Assembly: GCF_009914755.1 (NCBI RefSeq)
Contig: NC_060935.1
Length of the DNA stretch: 64,000 nucleotides
Reading direction: 5' to 3' (one strand)
From: the human T2T-CHM13v2.0 reference genome, Homo sapiens
Positions 40,777 to 55,709 of this stretch are shown here, one piece after another. Numbering within the stretch: the stretch's first letter is position 1; every line of letters begins with the position of its first letter. Both the position numbers and the translations under genes were made by a program. The notes beneath the pieces were generated by a model. That model did not search any database. It saw only the letters and a list, made by a program, of their open reading frames with translations, and was not told where the DNA came from.

Positions 40777-43474
40777 AGCAAGCAAACAAGCAAAAAAACA
40801 AACAAACCCCTTCCATTTTAGGGGTTACCACAATGTGTTTGCTTTTGCCTTCCACTTGAGTGAAAGCCCATTAACAACATGTGTTGTATTCATCTTCATA
40901 TCTCTAACATCTGGCACAACACAGTGACTAGTACAAAGTAGGCTCTTGGGAATTAATAAAATTACTGAATTTACTAAGACAGTCACTCATTTCTTTGTCT
41001 AAGTAAAATGTTAACATAAAGTGCACATCAGCTCAACCCCCAAAAAGCATTTATTCTATACAATTTGAAAAAGTGATGAACTTTTAACACTTGTACAATT
41101 AGCTTTTTGCCTAGGTTGCTTTCCTCATGAAATTGATTCTAAGTGAGATATCAGCAGACGAGGGTGCTAGCACCACAGCATATGGGAAATCAGACAACAT
41201 TTGTCTCTCTGTTTCTTCAACTATAAAGTGTGGATGACAAATACCTGCCCTTTTACTTTAAAATGTTAAGGTGAAAGAAGACTTTGAATTGAGGATTATA
41301 AATGAAATATTTTTATATGTGCCCTCCAAACATAGGATAAAGTCTTTGTTTCTTAATTCAACAATTGAATGTCTACCTTATGCCAGGCACTGTACTGGGT
41401 GCTAAAGAAACACAGATGGATAGGATATAATTCATGTCCTTAAGAAACTCACAATTTAATAAAAGACAGACACAGAAACAAATATATATGTATATATTCA
41501 ACTATATATTTGTATATAAATACATATACTTGTTTATATGCCTCTCTTATTAAATTGTGAGTACACACACACACGAACATATATATATATATATGTTTTT
41601 AAAAAATCTATACTTCATGGGTTTCTTTTATTCAAATTGTCCTTATTATAATTACTCTCAAATAATGGTAATTCAGTGCTTTGTTAACTACATATATATA
41701 TATATATATATGTACTCACAATTTAATAAATATATGAGTGGTTAATTTAAATATATATGAGTAGTTAATGATAAGAGATTCCTTTAGGACTGGAAATCTG
41801 TCATTTCACATGTATACTCCCAATGTGCTTGCAATGGAATAAACGTTCAAAAATGGTCTTGAACTGAACCCTGACTGAATATACACAGGCGACAGTGGCA
41901 ACGAAAGAAGATAAAGGAAGGTGACTAGGGACTCGAGGTCAAAATTCGGACTACCTGTTGTAGAAACATACTAGAAAATGAAAAGGAAATATAATAACAT
42001 TGAATTGCTATGTTATGGGCAATGACTGAAATTGGACTAATAGCCAAAACTGGGGACCCACTAGGAAATGATTTCATTAGGGTTTTCTTTGCAATTTATG
42101 CCAGGCAGATTATAATGACAAGTATATTGGAGAAATATTGTTTAAGTAATCAGATTATTTTATGTTAACAGTGAACATTTAAATGTAATCACTAATTAAT
42201 GGATGAATAATTGTATCGAATATAATACCTTACATAAGCAGTGCCCTTTAAAATGCTATCACATGTATTCTCCTAGTTTGGCCTTAACAACAAAACAGAA
42301 TAAATTACAAAATCCTTAGATCGCTCGCTTAGCAAACATTTCCTAAACACTTGCTGTATGCAAAGACAATGGCTAAATGTCAGGGATAAAATAATGAACA
42401 AAACTCTACATGTCTGACTGAAAAACATGAAAGATGAAAACAACACATAAATGTGTCCTACATGTGACTGGCCTAGGTGAACTCCAAGGACTCCTTTGCA
42501 AGGCCCACAATCACACATCCCCGTAAACATGCCATTGTCAATATGACATTATGTACAAGTTTAATGCAATATTGCAGCAATTTTTTTTAAAACATATGAC
42601 AAAAAGGTACATTAGGAGAAAGATTTTTTTTAATTTTTACTTTAGCAAATATTGACATATAAAAGGGGGATGGTAACAATATATGAAAACTATATTGAAG
42701 AAAATAGGGAGTAGAATAATAGACTACACTATAAATTTATTCTGGATGAGGAGACAGAACAGGTTATAAAATAAAATAAAAGCCTTATGAGACAAAGGTT
42801 GAGAAGTTTTAAAGTATTAAACTAATCTGGAACCTGAAAGAACTACCATATATCAGAGGAAATTTTCGTGGGGTAAAAACTGACAGGTTTTCCCAAGACC
42901 ATTTGTAAAATAAAACTAAAATGACAAAGATAAGTCTTGCCATCCATCTATTGAGATAAACCAAAATTATAAGAATAAAATATATATTCTTAAATCTTTG
43001 ACGAATGTTACATAAAGCAATCAAGATGATATTAGGAATTTTCTTATTTGATTTTAGAATAGGTGGTAGGAAGGAAACTTATTTCAATTTTCCAGAAGCA
43101 GTACACATATGTTTTGTCATAACATTTTTAAAAATTACAAATTGTCAGTAGTATAATCTACTGGCAATTACTATAATCTACACTTGTGTCCATAGGACAA
43201 GCAAAATAATTACTTAAATGTAACATTTTTTAATTCAGCTTATCTCAAAGGAAGAACATTACAAGCTCACACTGATTATAGTTCAATGGACAACTTCTTT
43301 ATACCTTCTGCATTAATCATGATCTCTACATATATTTATATCTCATTCCCAAAATTGATCCTAGACTCCATAAAAATAAGAACTTTATACAGAGCCTATC
43401 ATAATACTTTTTTGCAATAAATGTTGTGTGATATTCTTTCAGAAGAATACACTAGTGAAGTTTATTTCAGGCCA

Positions 43475-43710
43475 CGCATTGTGGCACAGGCTCTATCTAG
43501 AGCCTGACCATTTGGGTCCAATATTGTCCTTGGCATGTACTAGCTATATAACCTTAGAAAAGTTTTCTTAATCTCTTTGTATTTCAGTTTCCTCATCCAA
43601 GAAGTAGGCCTTAGTATGTCTCTACCTCACATATTTGCAACGGGAGTCAAATAAGATAATACATATAAAATGTTTACAAGAGGGCCTGCTACTAAGCACT
43701 CAACAAATAC
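43475..43710 (+). mobile_element. MIR
   Basis: 'cttaatctctttgtatttcagtttcctcatc...ctacctcac...aagcactcaacaaata'. Confidence 0.7.
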
Positions 43711-43718
43711 ACATCATC

Positions 43719-44023
43719 GCCCAGCTTGGTGGCTCATGTCTGTAATCCCAGCACTTTGGGAGGTCGAGGAGGGTGGATCGCTTGAGCCCAGAGGTTCAAG
43801 ACCAGCCTGGCCAACATGGTGAAACCCCATCTCTACAAAAAATACAAAAATTAGCTGGGCATGGTGGTGCGTACCTGTAGTTGCAGCTACTGAGGAGCCT
43901 GAGGTGGGAGAAATCACCTGAGGCTGGGGAGGTCGAGGCTGCAGTGAGCCAAGATTACTCCACTGCACTCCAGCCTGGGTGACAGAGCAAGATCCTGTCT
44001 CAAAAAAACAAAACAAAACAAAA
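43719..44023 (+). mobile_element. AluJ
   Basis: AluJ diagnostics (gcttgagccc, gaggtcgaggctgcagtgagc); (CAAAA)n tail. Confidence 0.92.
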
Positions 44024-44152
44024 CCATGTATCATCATCATCACCTTAATAATCATAATCTTTGAAAGGGTAGGAAGAAACTATTATGCTTATCAGGTTAA
44101 TTTGCATTCCATACTTATCAAAGTCCATTAAAATCCTGAAAAAGTTTTCAAA

Positions 44153-44212
44153 AGAGAGAGAGAGAGACAGAGAGAAAGAAAGACAGAGAGAGAGGAGAAA
44201 GAGAGAGAGAGA
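44153..44212 (+). repeat. (GA)n-rich simple repeat
   Basis: Read directly. Confidence 0.85.
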
Positions 44213-45132
44213 TTTCAACCAGAAACTGAAAGCCACTAACTTTAAAGAAAAATCATATTACTTTTAAACTTTGATAAACTGTATCAATTATTCAGAATAA
44301 CTGCTGTAATAAAACATTGTTTTATATTTGCACTGGTAGAATTTTAGAGCACATTCTTCTGTCTCTTACTGCCTGTGAGTTTTATACCAAGAGGTATGAA
44401 ATCTGTTTTAAATTATCCTCAGTTATGAAAGGGTAAATGATGTCATAGATTCTGGGCCTCCAATTCAAGTTAAATAAAAATAGATTTTTAAGTGTTTTGA
44501 TTAATTCTAGTAGAAACATAAGTGGAATAAATACTTAGATGATCATTTTTACCCTAATTTTTGGCAAGACAAATACAATGATTTTTGACATTTTATACTA
44601 AAAATAAAGAAATATATTGTCTACATTATAATACATAATAGTTTATAAATAAGTTAACGGTTGGTCTGATAAGCAATCTTGAGACTCCACGCTATCAACA
44701 CTCAAAAGCTTCTTCCCAGTCATAAAGTGTGCTTTTGAAAAATACAACTGAAACTTACAATATGCTAAAAATAGTGTCTTAGTCAATTCACCTATGCCAT
44801 TCCAAGAAAAATCAATCCAAACATTAAATGCAAACAATGACAAAGGAGATAGACAAAATTGGGGAATGAAATGTCTTAAATAAAATAAATGTAGAATTTT
44901 GAAATAAACCATTCGTTCTGGTGATAGCAATCTCTGATTAGGGTAAGGGGTAAAGGAAATATAATTGAAAATTAACCCAGGAAGCCCTCTCACCTATGAT
45001 AGTATGATCTGTAAAAGTAAATAGAGTGTAAGTATAATGAGTCAAGAATTAACAAGTGTAAAGATAGGAAATAATACTTCAGTCCATTTTTATACACATA
45101 ATAACAAAAACATCTAGAAATTTATCAGACTA

Positions 45133-45528
<396 letters not shown>

Positions 45529-45903
45529 TCATACCAGACCCACTGAATCATCTCTTCCCCTTAGAATTATCAAATTAGTAGTTAAGGGAAACATAGCAGA
45601 TAGACATACACTCTATATTTAGACTTAAAGAAGGCTCCGAACACATTTTTTAAATTAATTAATTTAAATTGTTATATGATAGTGGTGAGAAGCAGCCCCA
45701 TAAACCGAGTATCGGCAGTGCCCCGGAGGTCACACTGTAAAACAATGGTTCACTCGAAAGAAATGTCTGGGGAAAACTAAAGTGATCAAACCATATATAA
45801 AGTTTCCAAAATCATGTTATTTAAGGAAAATCAAACACAGTTTTATAGTGTCCAATGATCCCCATCAGGAACAGCACAATAATCTTTTTTCTCTATTTTC
45901 TCT

Positions 45904-46001
45904 ATTTTTAAACTTGAATCTTCACCACTAAATAACAGAAGGGAATGGACAATTGTGCATTCTCTTCTGTAATTCAGTGGTGAAGATTCAAGTTTAAAAA
46001 T
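45904..46001. repeat. 98-bp spacerless near-perfect palindrome
   Basis: Arms 45904-45952 and 45953-46001 are reverse complements at 45/49 positions, centred on caattg. Confidence 0.95.
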
Positions 46002-46086
46002 CGTATCTACTTAAAAACAAAAAAAAAATTAACAGGGTAAAATGTAAAATCTTTGAAATACATAATCCCATAAAATCAAGATTAGA

Positions 46087-46417
<331 letters not shown>

Positions 46418-46497
46418 TTATTAGGTACTATTTATTTCTATAAACTGGGGGGATAAGAACACAAACTTCACAAAATTTTCTTTTTGAGTTGACATAG

Positions 46498-46866
<369 letters not shown>

Positions 46867-47560
46867 TGGAATAAGTCTTTATAACCACAGAACAGGGTAG
46901 AATGGTAATTAAACTACTGAAAAATAGCTGTCATAATTAGTCATATTAAGATAGTAAGATAAGAATTTATAACCTACCTAAAAAATGTATCAGAGTAGCA
47001 CAAAATTCTTTTACTGTAGGATGTTAAGAATTTCTAACTCCTGTTTATGGCAATTCTATTGTTAGATCTACACCTACCTTATTCATAGTAACATCTAAAT
47101 TAGAAAAATATGAAAATGCAAGCTGCCATAAATCATAGTATGAGTTCTCCATATATGTTCACAGAGAGAAAGAGATTCCCTCACACCTCTTCTACAGTGG
47201 ATGGAAGGATTTCTGAAGCTGGTGTTCAATGGCCAAAAAAGAGTCACTGATTCACTCAAAATTTTGAGACATGTAAGCTTGAAATCTCAATCCTTTGAAG
47301 AACCTACACATGTTATTACAAGCATTTTTAACATCAGCCAACAACAACTTCACAGATGAGTCTGTGCTGACAAGAAATATAATTCTTGACCTCTCCTTCA
47401 AAAAGCAAGAGTTTTGGAATCAACTTCCACTGCTTGTCACCTACAATATGCTCAGATTTTTGACCCCCCTGTATCTCCAAGGAAAAAAAAAAAACCACCA
47501 TGTCTTCATTAGGAAAAACGGAAAACGAACCAAGATTATTGTATGATTCAAACATAAATA

Positions 47561-47889
47561 CAGTCATGAATCACTTAACAACAAGAGAAATACATCTCAG
47601 AAGCACACTGTTGGGCAATTTCACCATTATATGAACAACAGGGTATACTTACACAAACCTAGAGGCATAGCCTACAATGCACATAGGCTAAATGGTAGAG
47701 CTTATTGCTCCTAGGCTGCAAATCTATACAGTATGTGACTATCCTGAATACTGTAAGAACTGGAACACAATGGTATTTTTGTGTCTAAACATTGAAAAGG
47801 TATGATAAAATACGGCTTTACAATCCTATGGGACCACTGTCATATATGCAGTCAATCTGACTAAACCATCAATGTGTAGTGTATGACTG
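47561..47889 (+). mobile_element. Tigger3a/MER7A (GOLEM) MITE
   Basis: TA|cagtcatg...tatgactg|TA termini; internal 'ttacacaaacctaga...ttattgctcctaggct...atgggaccactgtcatatatgc'. Confidence 0.85.
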
Positions 47890-49331
47890 TACTTGGATTT
47901 TGATTATTTTCAGAAAAATAAAATGTGGTAAACTGTACTCATTTCTTCACAGAATAAGGAAATGCTGTTAAACAGAATGAAGGGTTCTGAATCATGTTAT
48001 AAGTACAATAGAAACTGATCTCTCTAATAAGTGATCATAATCTTTAGCCACCAGTATAATAGAAATGTGTAAACTAGCTTTGTCTAACAACTAAATAAAC
48101 TGAAATAAAACTTGTTAATAACTCATAGCCTAATTACTTGTTTACTATTTTAGCATTTCTTAAAGGTTCAATTTCATGGAGGCTGAAAAATGTAAATAAG
48201 TGGCTTTCTTATAAAGCACTCTTACAAGTATAAAATGTTTTAAAGGCAGCTTTTATTATTCATCATAGATCATAGAAATCAAGTTTTCATTGCATTTTGA
48301 GGAGCAGAAATTGTCTACTAAACTTGGAATCCAAATACAGGCAGCATTTTAAACATACTTTATTGAGTTGAATTTTAAAAGCCACTATGTACTAAGCTTT
48401 GAAAGAAGAAGAATTGCTAAATAGTCAAAGCTTTTCTAAATCTCTCTACTCCACCAATTCATTACTTTTTAAGGTTAAACCATATCTGCTATGAAAAGAA
48501 AACAGAATCAAAGTTTTTTTTCACAATAGCACAAAATGTTTATAATATGGATACTCTCCCTATTCCTGAAACTAGCATTACAAAAATAACGTGATCATAT
48601 TATTTACCTTTAAAGTTTGGGTTCCCTTTATGAATCTTCAGTAAAATATCCCTGAGTGACTGTCATTCATTTTCTTTATGAACTCTCAAGTATTATATAG
48701 ACCTTTATTTCACTAGGCAACTCCCTCCATTTTTAATGTCTCCAGTTGTTGGAAAGTTCCTCTTAATTCTTAACCAAATCTACTTTCTTATAACATCTAT
48801 TCTTTGACACTGGTTTTGCCTTCTGAAACAAAAACTTTATCTAATTTTTATATGATAACTATTTAAATATTTGAAAGCAGCTTTCACTCCTTTCTTATAA
48901 CATTTTCATGGAAGACACTTAAAACAGTGCCAGAAATGTTAAGATACATAGATACAGATAAATACTAATGGATAGACAGATATGCCTTTTAAATATTAAT
49001 ATTTTGGCATTTTTCTCTAAGAATAATGATACTAAAATTTAACAAAAGGAGTAAGGCTTAGTCAAAACTAAGGATTAAAAATGAGAAAAACAACTAAGGG
49101 AATGTTTAAATATGTCTTCAGTGATAAAACTGAAACAAGTAGTAAACATATTTGTGGAAGTCAGGAGAATGTGGTAGTTATTTTAAAAAGAAATGGGAAC
49201 AAACAAGAGAGGCCCACTGACTATGAGGTTGGCAATGAAAACAAGCTTCAAAAAGTTAACTTGCTCAAGGTTACCCAGCTAGTAAATAACAGTCTGAAGT
49301 TGGGAAGTCCTGCTACAGAGACTGCATTCTT

Positions 49332-49426
49332 TTTTTTGAGACAGAGTCTCGCTCTGTCAACCAGGCTGGAGTGCAGTGGTGCGATCCTGGCTCATTGCAA
49401 CCTCTGCCTCCCGGCTTCAAGCCATT
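49332..49426 (-). mobile_element. Severely 5'-truncated Alu (~95 bp)
   Basis: 19-bp TSD ctacagagactg(c/t)attctt at 49313-49331 and 49427-49445. Confidence 0.9.
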
Positions 49427-49787
49427 CTACAGAGACTGTATTCTTAATCATACACAATACTGTCTCTCAATACTGCTTTTTTTCTGTGCTTGCTCAAGGA
49501 TGATGCCCTATCAAAGCATATGTAAAGCTAATTGTTTCTATCAGAATTATAATAATTAGAAATTACCATAAAACCCAATTGCAAAAAGAAAGATGCTGTA
49601 GCTTAAGTCATGATTCAAAAGTTGCTATAGGAAAAAATACTAAGTTGATGTCTAAGTTCTGGAACTCAATTATACCAAATCTCAAAATCCTTGAAAAGTA
49701 AAACTGTAACAAAATAATAAGAAAAGAAACCTAGTGTGTTATGTTGCCATGCCTTTGATATCTTTTCCTGTTTTGAAAGTACTTCGG

Positions 49788-49875
49788 GGCTGGACACAGC
49801 GACCCATGCCTGTAAATCCCAGCACTTTGGCAAGCCAAGGCAGGCGGATCACGAGGTCAAGAGTTCGAGACCAGC
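49788..49875 (+). mobile_element. Alu left-arm fragment
   Basis: ggctggacacagcgacccatgcctgtaaatcccagcactttgg...gagttcgagaccagc. Confidence 0.85.
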
Positions 49876-50099
49876 ATATGGCCACACAGAATATATCCAG
49901 AGGAAAACTGTTATTTCAACCTAAGATATCAATAGAAAGGATAAAGTCAAGTGCAACTGAAGGAGATACTGAAATATGTAAACAGTGTCGACCGATAAAG
50001 CCCAGACTTACATTTCTATGAATGAAACTTTCTGAACAGAAGTTTCTCCATAAATATTTTTAAAGGACAGTAAATTGAAGATTATAAAAGACAACTGCA

Positions 50100-50950
50100 T
50101 AGGAAGTACCTTTTAAAGACAATATCATATCTAGAATGTATATTTTTAATACAATTTATTAATAGGAAAGCAAACAACAATTAAGTATGGACAAAATATT
50201 TGCCTACATATTTAACTAAAGAAATTACACCAATGACTAAAAAGTATAAGAAAAGATGTTTACCATCTTTAGTCATCAGGGAAGTATAACTTAAAACCTA
50301 AGACACCACTTTGCACTCATTAGGAAGGCTATGATGAAAAAGACCGACAATACCAGGTGTGAGTGTAAAAGCTGAACCTTCTTACACTGCCAGTCAAATG
50401 GGAAATGGCATAAGCTCTTTGAAAAACAGTTCAGCAACTTCTTTAAAAATTAAACATGTACTTACTATATGATGCAACAACTGCAAATCAGTTCAAGAGA
50501 AATGGGAACATATCCACACAAACTCTTGTATGTGAATGTTCATTGCAACATTATTCATAATAGCCAAAATCTGGAAAATCCAATGTCCATCAACTGGTGA
50601 ATGGATAAACAAACCGTAGTGTATCTATGCAATAGAATACTGTTCATCAGGAAAAATTAACAATCTGCTGATGCATACTACACTACAGATAAGCTCAAAA
50701 ACATGATGGCAAACCAAAAGAAAAAGAAAGATAACTAATTGTATGATGACATTTGTAAGAAATGAGTAGAAGAAGCAAATCTATAGAGATGAAAGTAGGC
50801 CAGTGGTTGGCTGCAGTTGGAGGTAGGAGCAGGAATTAACTGCAAATGGGTAAACTTTTGGGGGTGATAAAGTTTTCTAAAACCAAATTGTTGTCGTAGA
50901 TGCACTATTATATTCATTTACTAAAAATTATTGCACTGTATACTTACCAA
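50100..50950 (+). mobile_element. Old L1M (L1ME/MD-like) 3' region
   Basis: 'tgaatgttcattgcaacattattcataatagccaaaatctggaaa...ccatcaactggtgaatggataaacaaa'. Confidence 0.75.
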
Positions 50951-51507
50951 AAAAGTACACAAGAACAAACAGGAAACTATCAAAAAATGAAGAGGTAGAC
51001 AACACATTGAAAACATGTATTTTTTTTTCACTGAGACTTAAAGCTACTGGCTAAAATGATTCTAACTTAAAAACAAAAGGAACAGTTAAAGGAAGATTCT
51101 GTATGATTTTTAACTAAAGGGATTGATTTTTATCCCTGAGAACCTACAAACCTTTAATAGAACTAAATAAAAATCTGATCTCCAATAGGAGGTACCTCCT
51201 GTTATGCTCAGGGCTACAATATTTCTTGTTAACAAAAATTAAATATGGCAAAATAAGCACTTTAAGCCTATAGATGACTATTGGGAATACATAATTCATC
51301 ATGTAATCATGTACAGTGTCCTCTTACTATACACAATAAAGTAACTACACAGGAACAATGCCATTAAGCCTCCTGTGTGGTTCATTTAAAAAAAATACCA
51401 TACAGCAATTTTAACCTTATACTAATTTTTAAAAACCCAGAACCAGCATGAACATCACTAATATCTGCATCAAAATATCATACATGAGCCTTGTCGCTCA
51501 TAGTTTA

Positions 51508-53135
51508 GAAGAGTCAGTATCATTAAAATGGCCATACTGCCCAAAGTAATCTACAGATTCAATGCTATTCCTATCAAGATACCATCATTATTTTTCACAG
51601 AACTGGAAAAAACTATTCTAAAGTTCATATGGAACCAAAAAAAGAGCCCAAATAACCAAAGCAATCCTAAGCAAAAAGAACAAAGCCAGAGGCATCACAT
51701 TACCTGACTTCAAACTATACTATAAGGTTACAATAACCAAAATAGCTTGGTATTATTACAGAAACAGACACATAAACCAGTGGAACAGAATAGAAAACCC
51801 AGAAATAAAGCTACACACAGCCATCTGATCTTCAGCAAAGTTGACAAAAATAAGCAATAGGGAAAGGACTCCCTATTCAATAAATGGTGCTGGGATAGCT
51901 GGCTAGCTGTATGCAGGTGAATGAAATGGGACCCCTGCCTTTTACCATATACAAAAATGAACTCAAGATGGATTAAATATTTAAATGTAAGACCTCGAAC
52001 AGTAAGAATCCTAGAAGAAAACCTAGGAAACACCATTCTGGACACTGGCCTTGGGAAAGAATTTGTTACTAAGTCCCAAAAGCAACAAAACAAAACAAAA
52101 ATTGACAAGTGGGACCTAATTAAACTAAAGAGCTTCTGAAAAGCAAAGTAAATGAACAGAGTAAACAACCTAAAAAATGGGAGAAAATATTCATAAACTA
52201 TGCATCTAACAAAGGTCTAATAACCAAAATCTATAAGGAAGTTAAGCAAACAAAAAATAACACCATTAAAAATAGGCAAAATACATGAACAGACATTTCT
52301 CAAAATAAAACATAAAAACAGCCACCAAACATATAAAAAAATACTCAACATCACTAAATATCAGAAAAATGCAAATCAAACCCACAATGAGATACCATCT
52401 CACACCAGGCAGAATGGGTATTATTAATAAGTCAAAAGCAACAGATGCTGGCAAGGCTGTGGAGAAAAGGGAACACTTATACGTTGTTGGTGGGACTATA
52501 AATTAGTTCAGCGTTTGTGAAAAACAGTTTGGAGATTTCTCAAAGAAGTTAAAAAGAGCTACCATTTGACCTAGCAATTGCATTACTGGTTATATATCCA
52601 AAAGAAAATAAATCATTCTACTCAAAAGACACTGCACTCATATGATTATTGCAGCACTATTCACAATAGCGAAGACAGGGAATCAACCCAGGTGCCCATC
52701 AGTGGTGGATTGGATAAAGACAATGTAGTACATATATATCATGGAATATTGTGCAACCATTAAAAAGAACACATAGCTGGATGCAGCTATGCAGCCATAA
52801 AAAAAGATGCAGCTTGAGGCCACCATTCTAAGCAAACAAACACAGGAACGGAAAACCAAATACCGCATGTTCTCACTTAAAAGTGGGAGCTAAACATTGG
52901 TGCTCATGGACATAAAGATGGCAACAATAGACATTGAAGACTACTGGATGGGAAAGGGGGGACAAGGGTTGAAAAACTATTGGGCACTATGCTTAGGACC
53001 TGGGTGAGGGGATCAGTCAAAGCCCAAACCTCAGCATCATGCAATATACCCACGTAACAAACCCATACATGTACCCACTGAATCTAGATGAAGTTCAAAT
53101 TATTAAAAAATAATAAATTACATTAAAAGAAAAAA
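51508..53135 (+). mobile_element. L1PA16/17-like 3' portion
   Basis: ORF2 remnants (ORF 51921-52139) and 3'UTR 'ggagctaaacattgg...atggacataaagatggcaacaatagac...aaacctcagcatcatgcaatataccc'. Confidence 0.9.
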
Positions 53136-54553
53136 GGGCAATGATCAGAGAGCAGTTCTAGAGAAAGGTAAGCAACACACAAATTAAAAATAAAGGTCTC
53201 ATTCATACTTACAAGAACAGAGTGAACTCCAGGTAATTCTGAACGAAATCATGTCTCAGCTCTGCTAATGTATAGAGAAAGCTCTAATGTCAGGTTGTTC
53301 ATCACTAAAGGTAACTACAGTTCAATATTTGAAATTCTCTAATAAAATATTATTATCTGAACAAAGAAGAAATGCTCACACTTTCTCAAATTAAATTAAG
53401 GTTGAAGTCAAATAATGTATTCTTGACAGCAAGATGAAACTTGTCTTTCAACGGTTTCATTATGGTATAGTAAGATTAATAAATACTTAAAAACTTTTCA
53501 ATCATCGCCTCAGAAAAAGGTGGGCAACTGTCTAGAAAAGATAAGAGAGTATTCTGAAAACTGATTTGGCCACAGAAAACCAGACATTTCCTACTTTATT
53601 CTTTGAAAATTGTTTCCCAGCGTTTGATTGTAGCTTCTAATTAATAAGACAAATGAGAGCATATTTCTGGGAATTAAAAAAGAAATGTGTTTTTGTTATG
53701 CTTTTCCTCAGTTCCAACCCTGAGAACAAAAGTGAAGATGAATAACAATGCTATTGCTCTGTCGCAGGGATGATGTATTTCAAATGCTGGGTTCCTTCCA
53801 AGGTGCTATTAAAGTTCTCTCAAGTGATGCTACTAAAAAAAAATGTCAAAAGAACTCATGTTATTTATTGTTTCTCAAAATCCGTTGCTGCTTCAGGTTG
53901 TGCCTAAGTTAACACATCCATTTTATTTTGGAAGTTACTGCACAATGCTCTGATAAATGAACATAAACGACATTAGTAGATACAGGTAATGAAAACTCGA
54001 TTCCAAACCTTCATCAATCTGACAGAGACCAGAGATTTTAAAACAATGATAGTATGTAAATAAAATGCAGATCCAAACAGAGCTCCTATAGAATGTGTGA
54101 CAAGTGGTCTTCTAGTCTTTATTAAGGAGACAAGCAGCAGGGTCCAAGGCATATTTTAGGAAGATGTTAGGTGAGCTCAATATTTCTCTAAAATTATCAA
54201 ACCTACTGATACCTGGTGCTTTCATCTATAAGGCAGTAAGTGAATAGGGGAATAAATACGGAGACTGTTATAGGTGGAAAGGAACACAAATAATAATAGC
54301 AGTAGAAGTAATAATGAACATTTATGCAGTGCTTATCCCTGGGGTCAAAGATGCTAAGAATTTTACATGGATTATGTCATTTAATCCTCCCAAATAACTT
54401 TCTGAGGTAGGCAGCCTAAACTACCAGAGAATTATTTTAACTAATTCTTGATAACAAGATGATCCCTTCATGGTAGGTAAGTCAGATTCTCCGCACCTCT
54501 CTTTTAAAATGCATCTGAATTCACTGAAACATAGAGATGAAAGAAAGCTTCAT

Positions 54554-54880
<327 letters not shown>

Positions 54881-55646
54881 TCATGATCAATTGACCTCAT
54901 GTATATGTATATATGTTAAGTATGATTTGTAAAGGAGTAAAAATATTAGTTTGTCTAGGTTCATTAATTTCCAATGTATAAAACTGAGGTGCAGACATTA
55001 AAAAGATTTACTAAGATCATGGCTGTCAGAGACACCTCTCTCCCAGCCTGTTGATACTTTCACCACACATCATGACCTTACCTGGCAGAGAAGGAAGCTA
55101 TGTGCTATTACTCTCATTTCTAACAAAGCTATTCACTCAAACAAGATTCATTCCATACCAAGAAGCTTTGTAATCTATATCAGTAGGTTATGTTTACATG
55201 GACTAAATATTAACTGCAAACTGCTCATTAAGCTGCAAAAAAAATTCATCTCAAATTTACCACAATGTCTTGTAATTCAAAAGATCTATGCAATACATTT
55301 CCAAATTCTCAGAACAATATTTGATATACATGGAATGAAAGAAATACACAGCACAAATTAACATGGATTAATTCAGTCTTTATTCTCTACACTGAATCTG
55401 TTGGGTTTTTTTAAAAACAACCAATTCATTCATACTTAATGTTTGACATCTGATAAGGAAAGATGATGATGACAGGAAGTTGAGTTTAGGGAAAGATGAA
55501 AACATACGAATACTATAATGAGGAAAAAGAAAATAGGGAGAGAGAAGAATATGTGAGGCATGGATGATCACTTAGAGAAAATGTAGAGGAAACCAAGTGA
55601 TAGAATCAAAGCTTGGTCAAGCCATCTGGAAGAGTTTTTTTCTAAC

Positions 55647-55709
55647 CTCAAGACTGTTGAATCCTGCCACTGATAACTGCGTCAGATGCCCCTCGGTGAC
55701 ATGCTTGCT
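55647..55709 (-). CDS. GUCY1A2: Candidate alternative cassette exon, 63 nt, phase 0/0, encoding SKHVTEGHLTQLSVAGFNSLE
   Basis: Flanked by aag| and GAG|gttaga on the minus strand. Exactly 21 codons with no stop, in frame with the phase-0 donor at 58456. GC-richer than its flanks. I recall an annotated GUCY1A2 isoform with a 21-aa insertion at this junction (unverified). Confidence 0.65.

Noticed and set aside
49081-49503. 140-aa plus-strand ORF
   Set aside because: No recognisable domain, and it runs through an antisense Alu fragment; consistent with a chance ORF.
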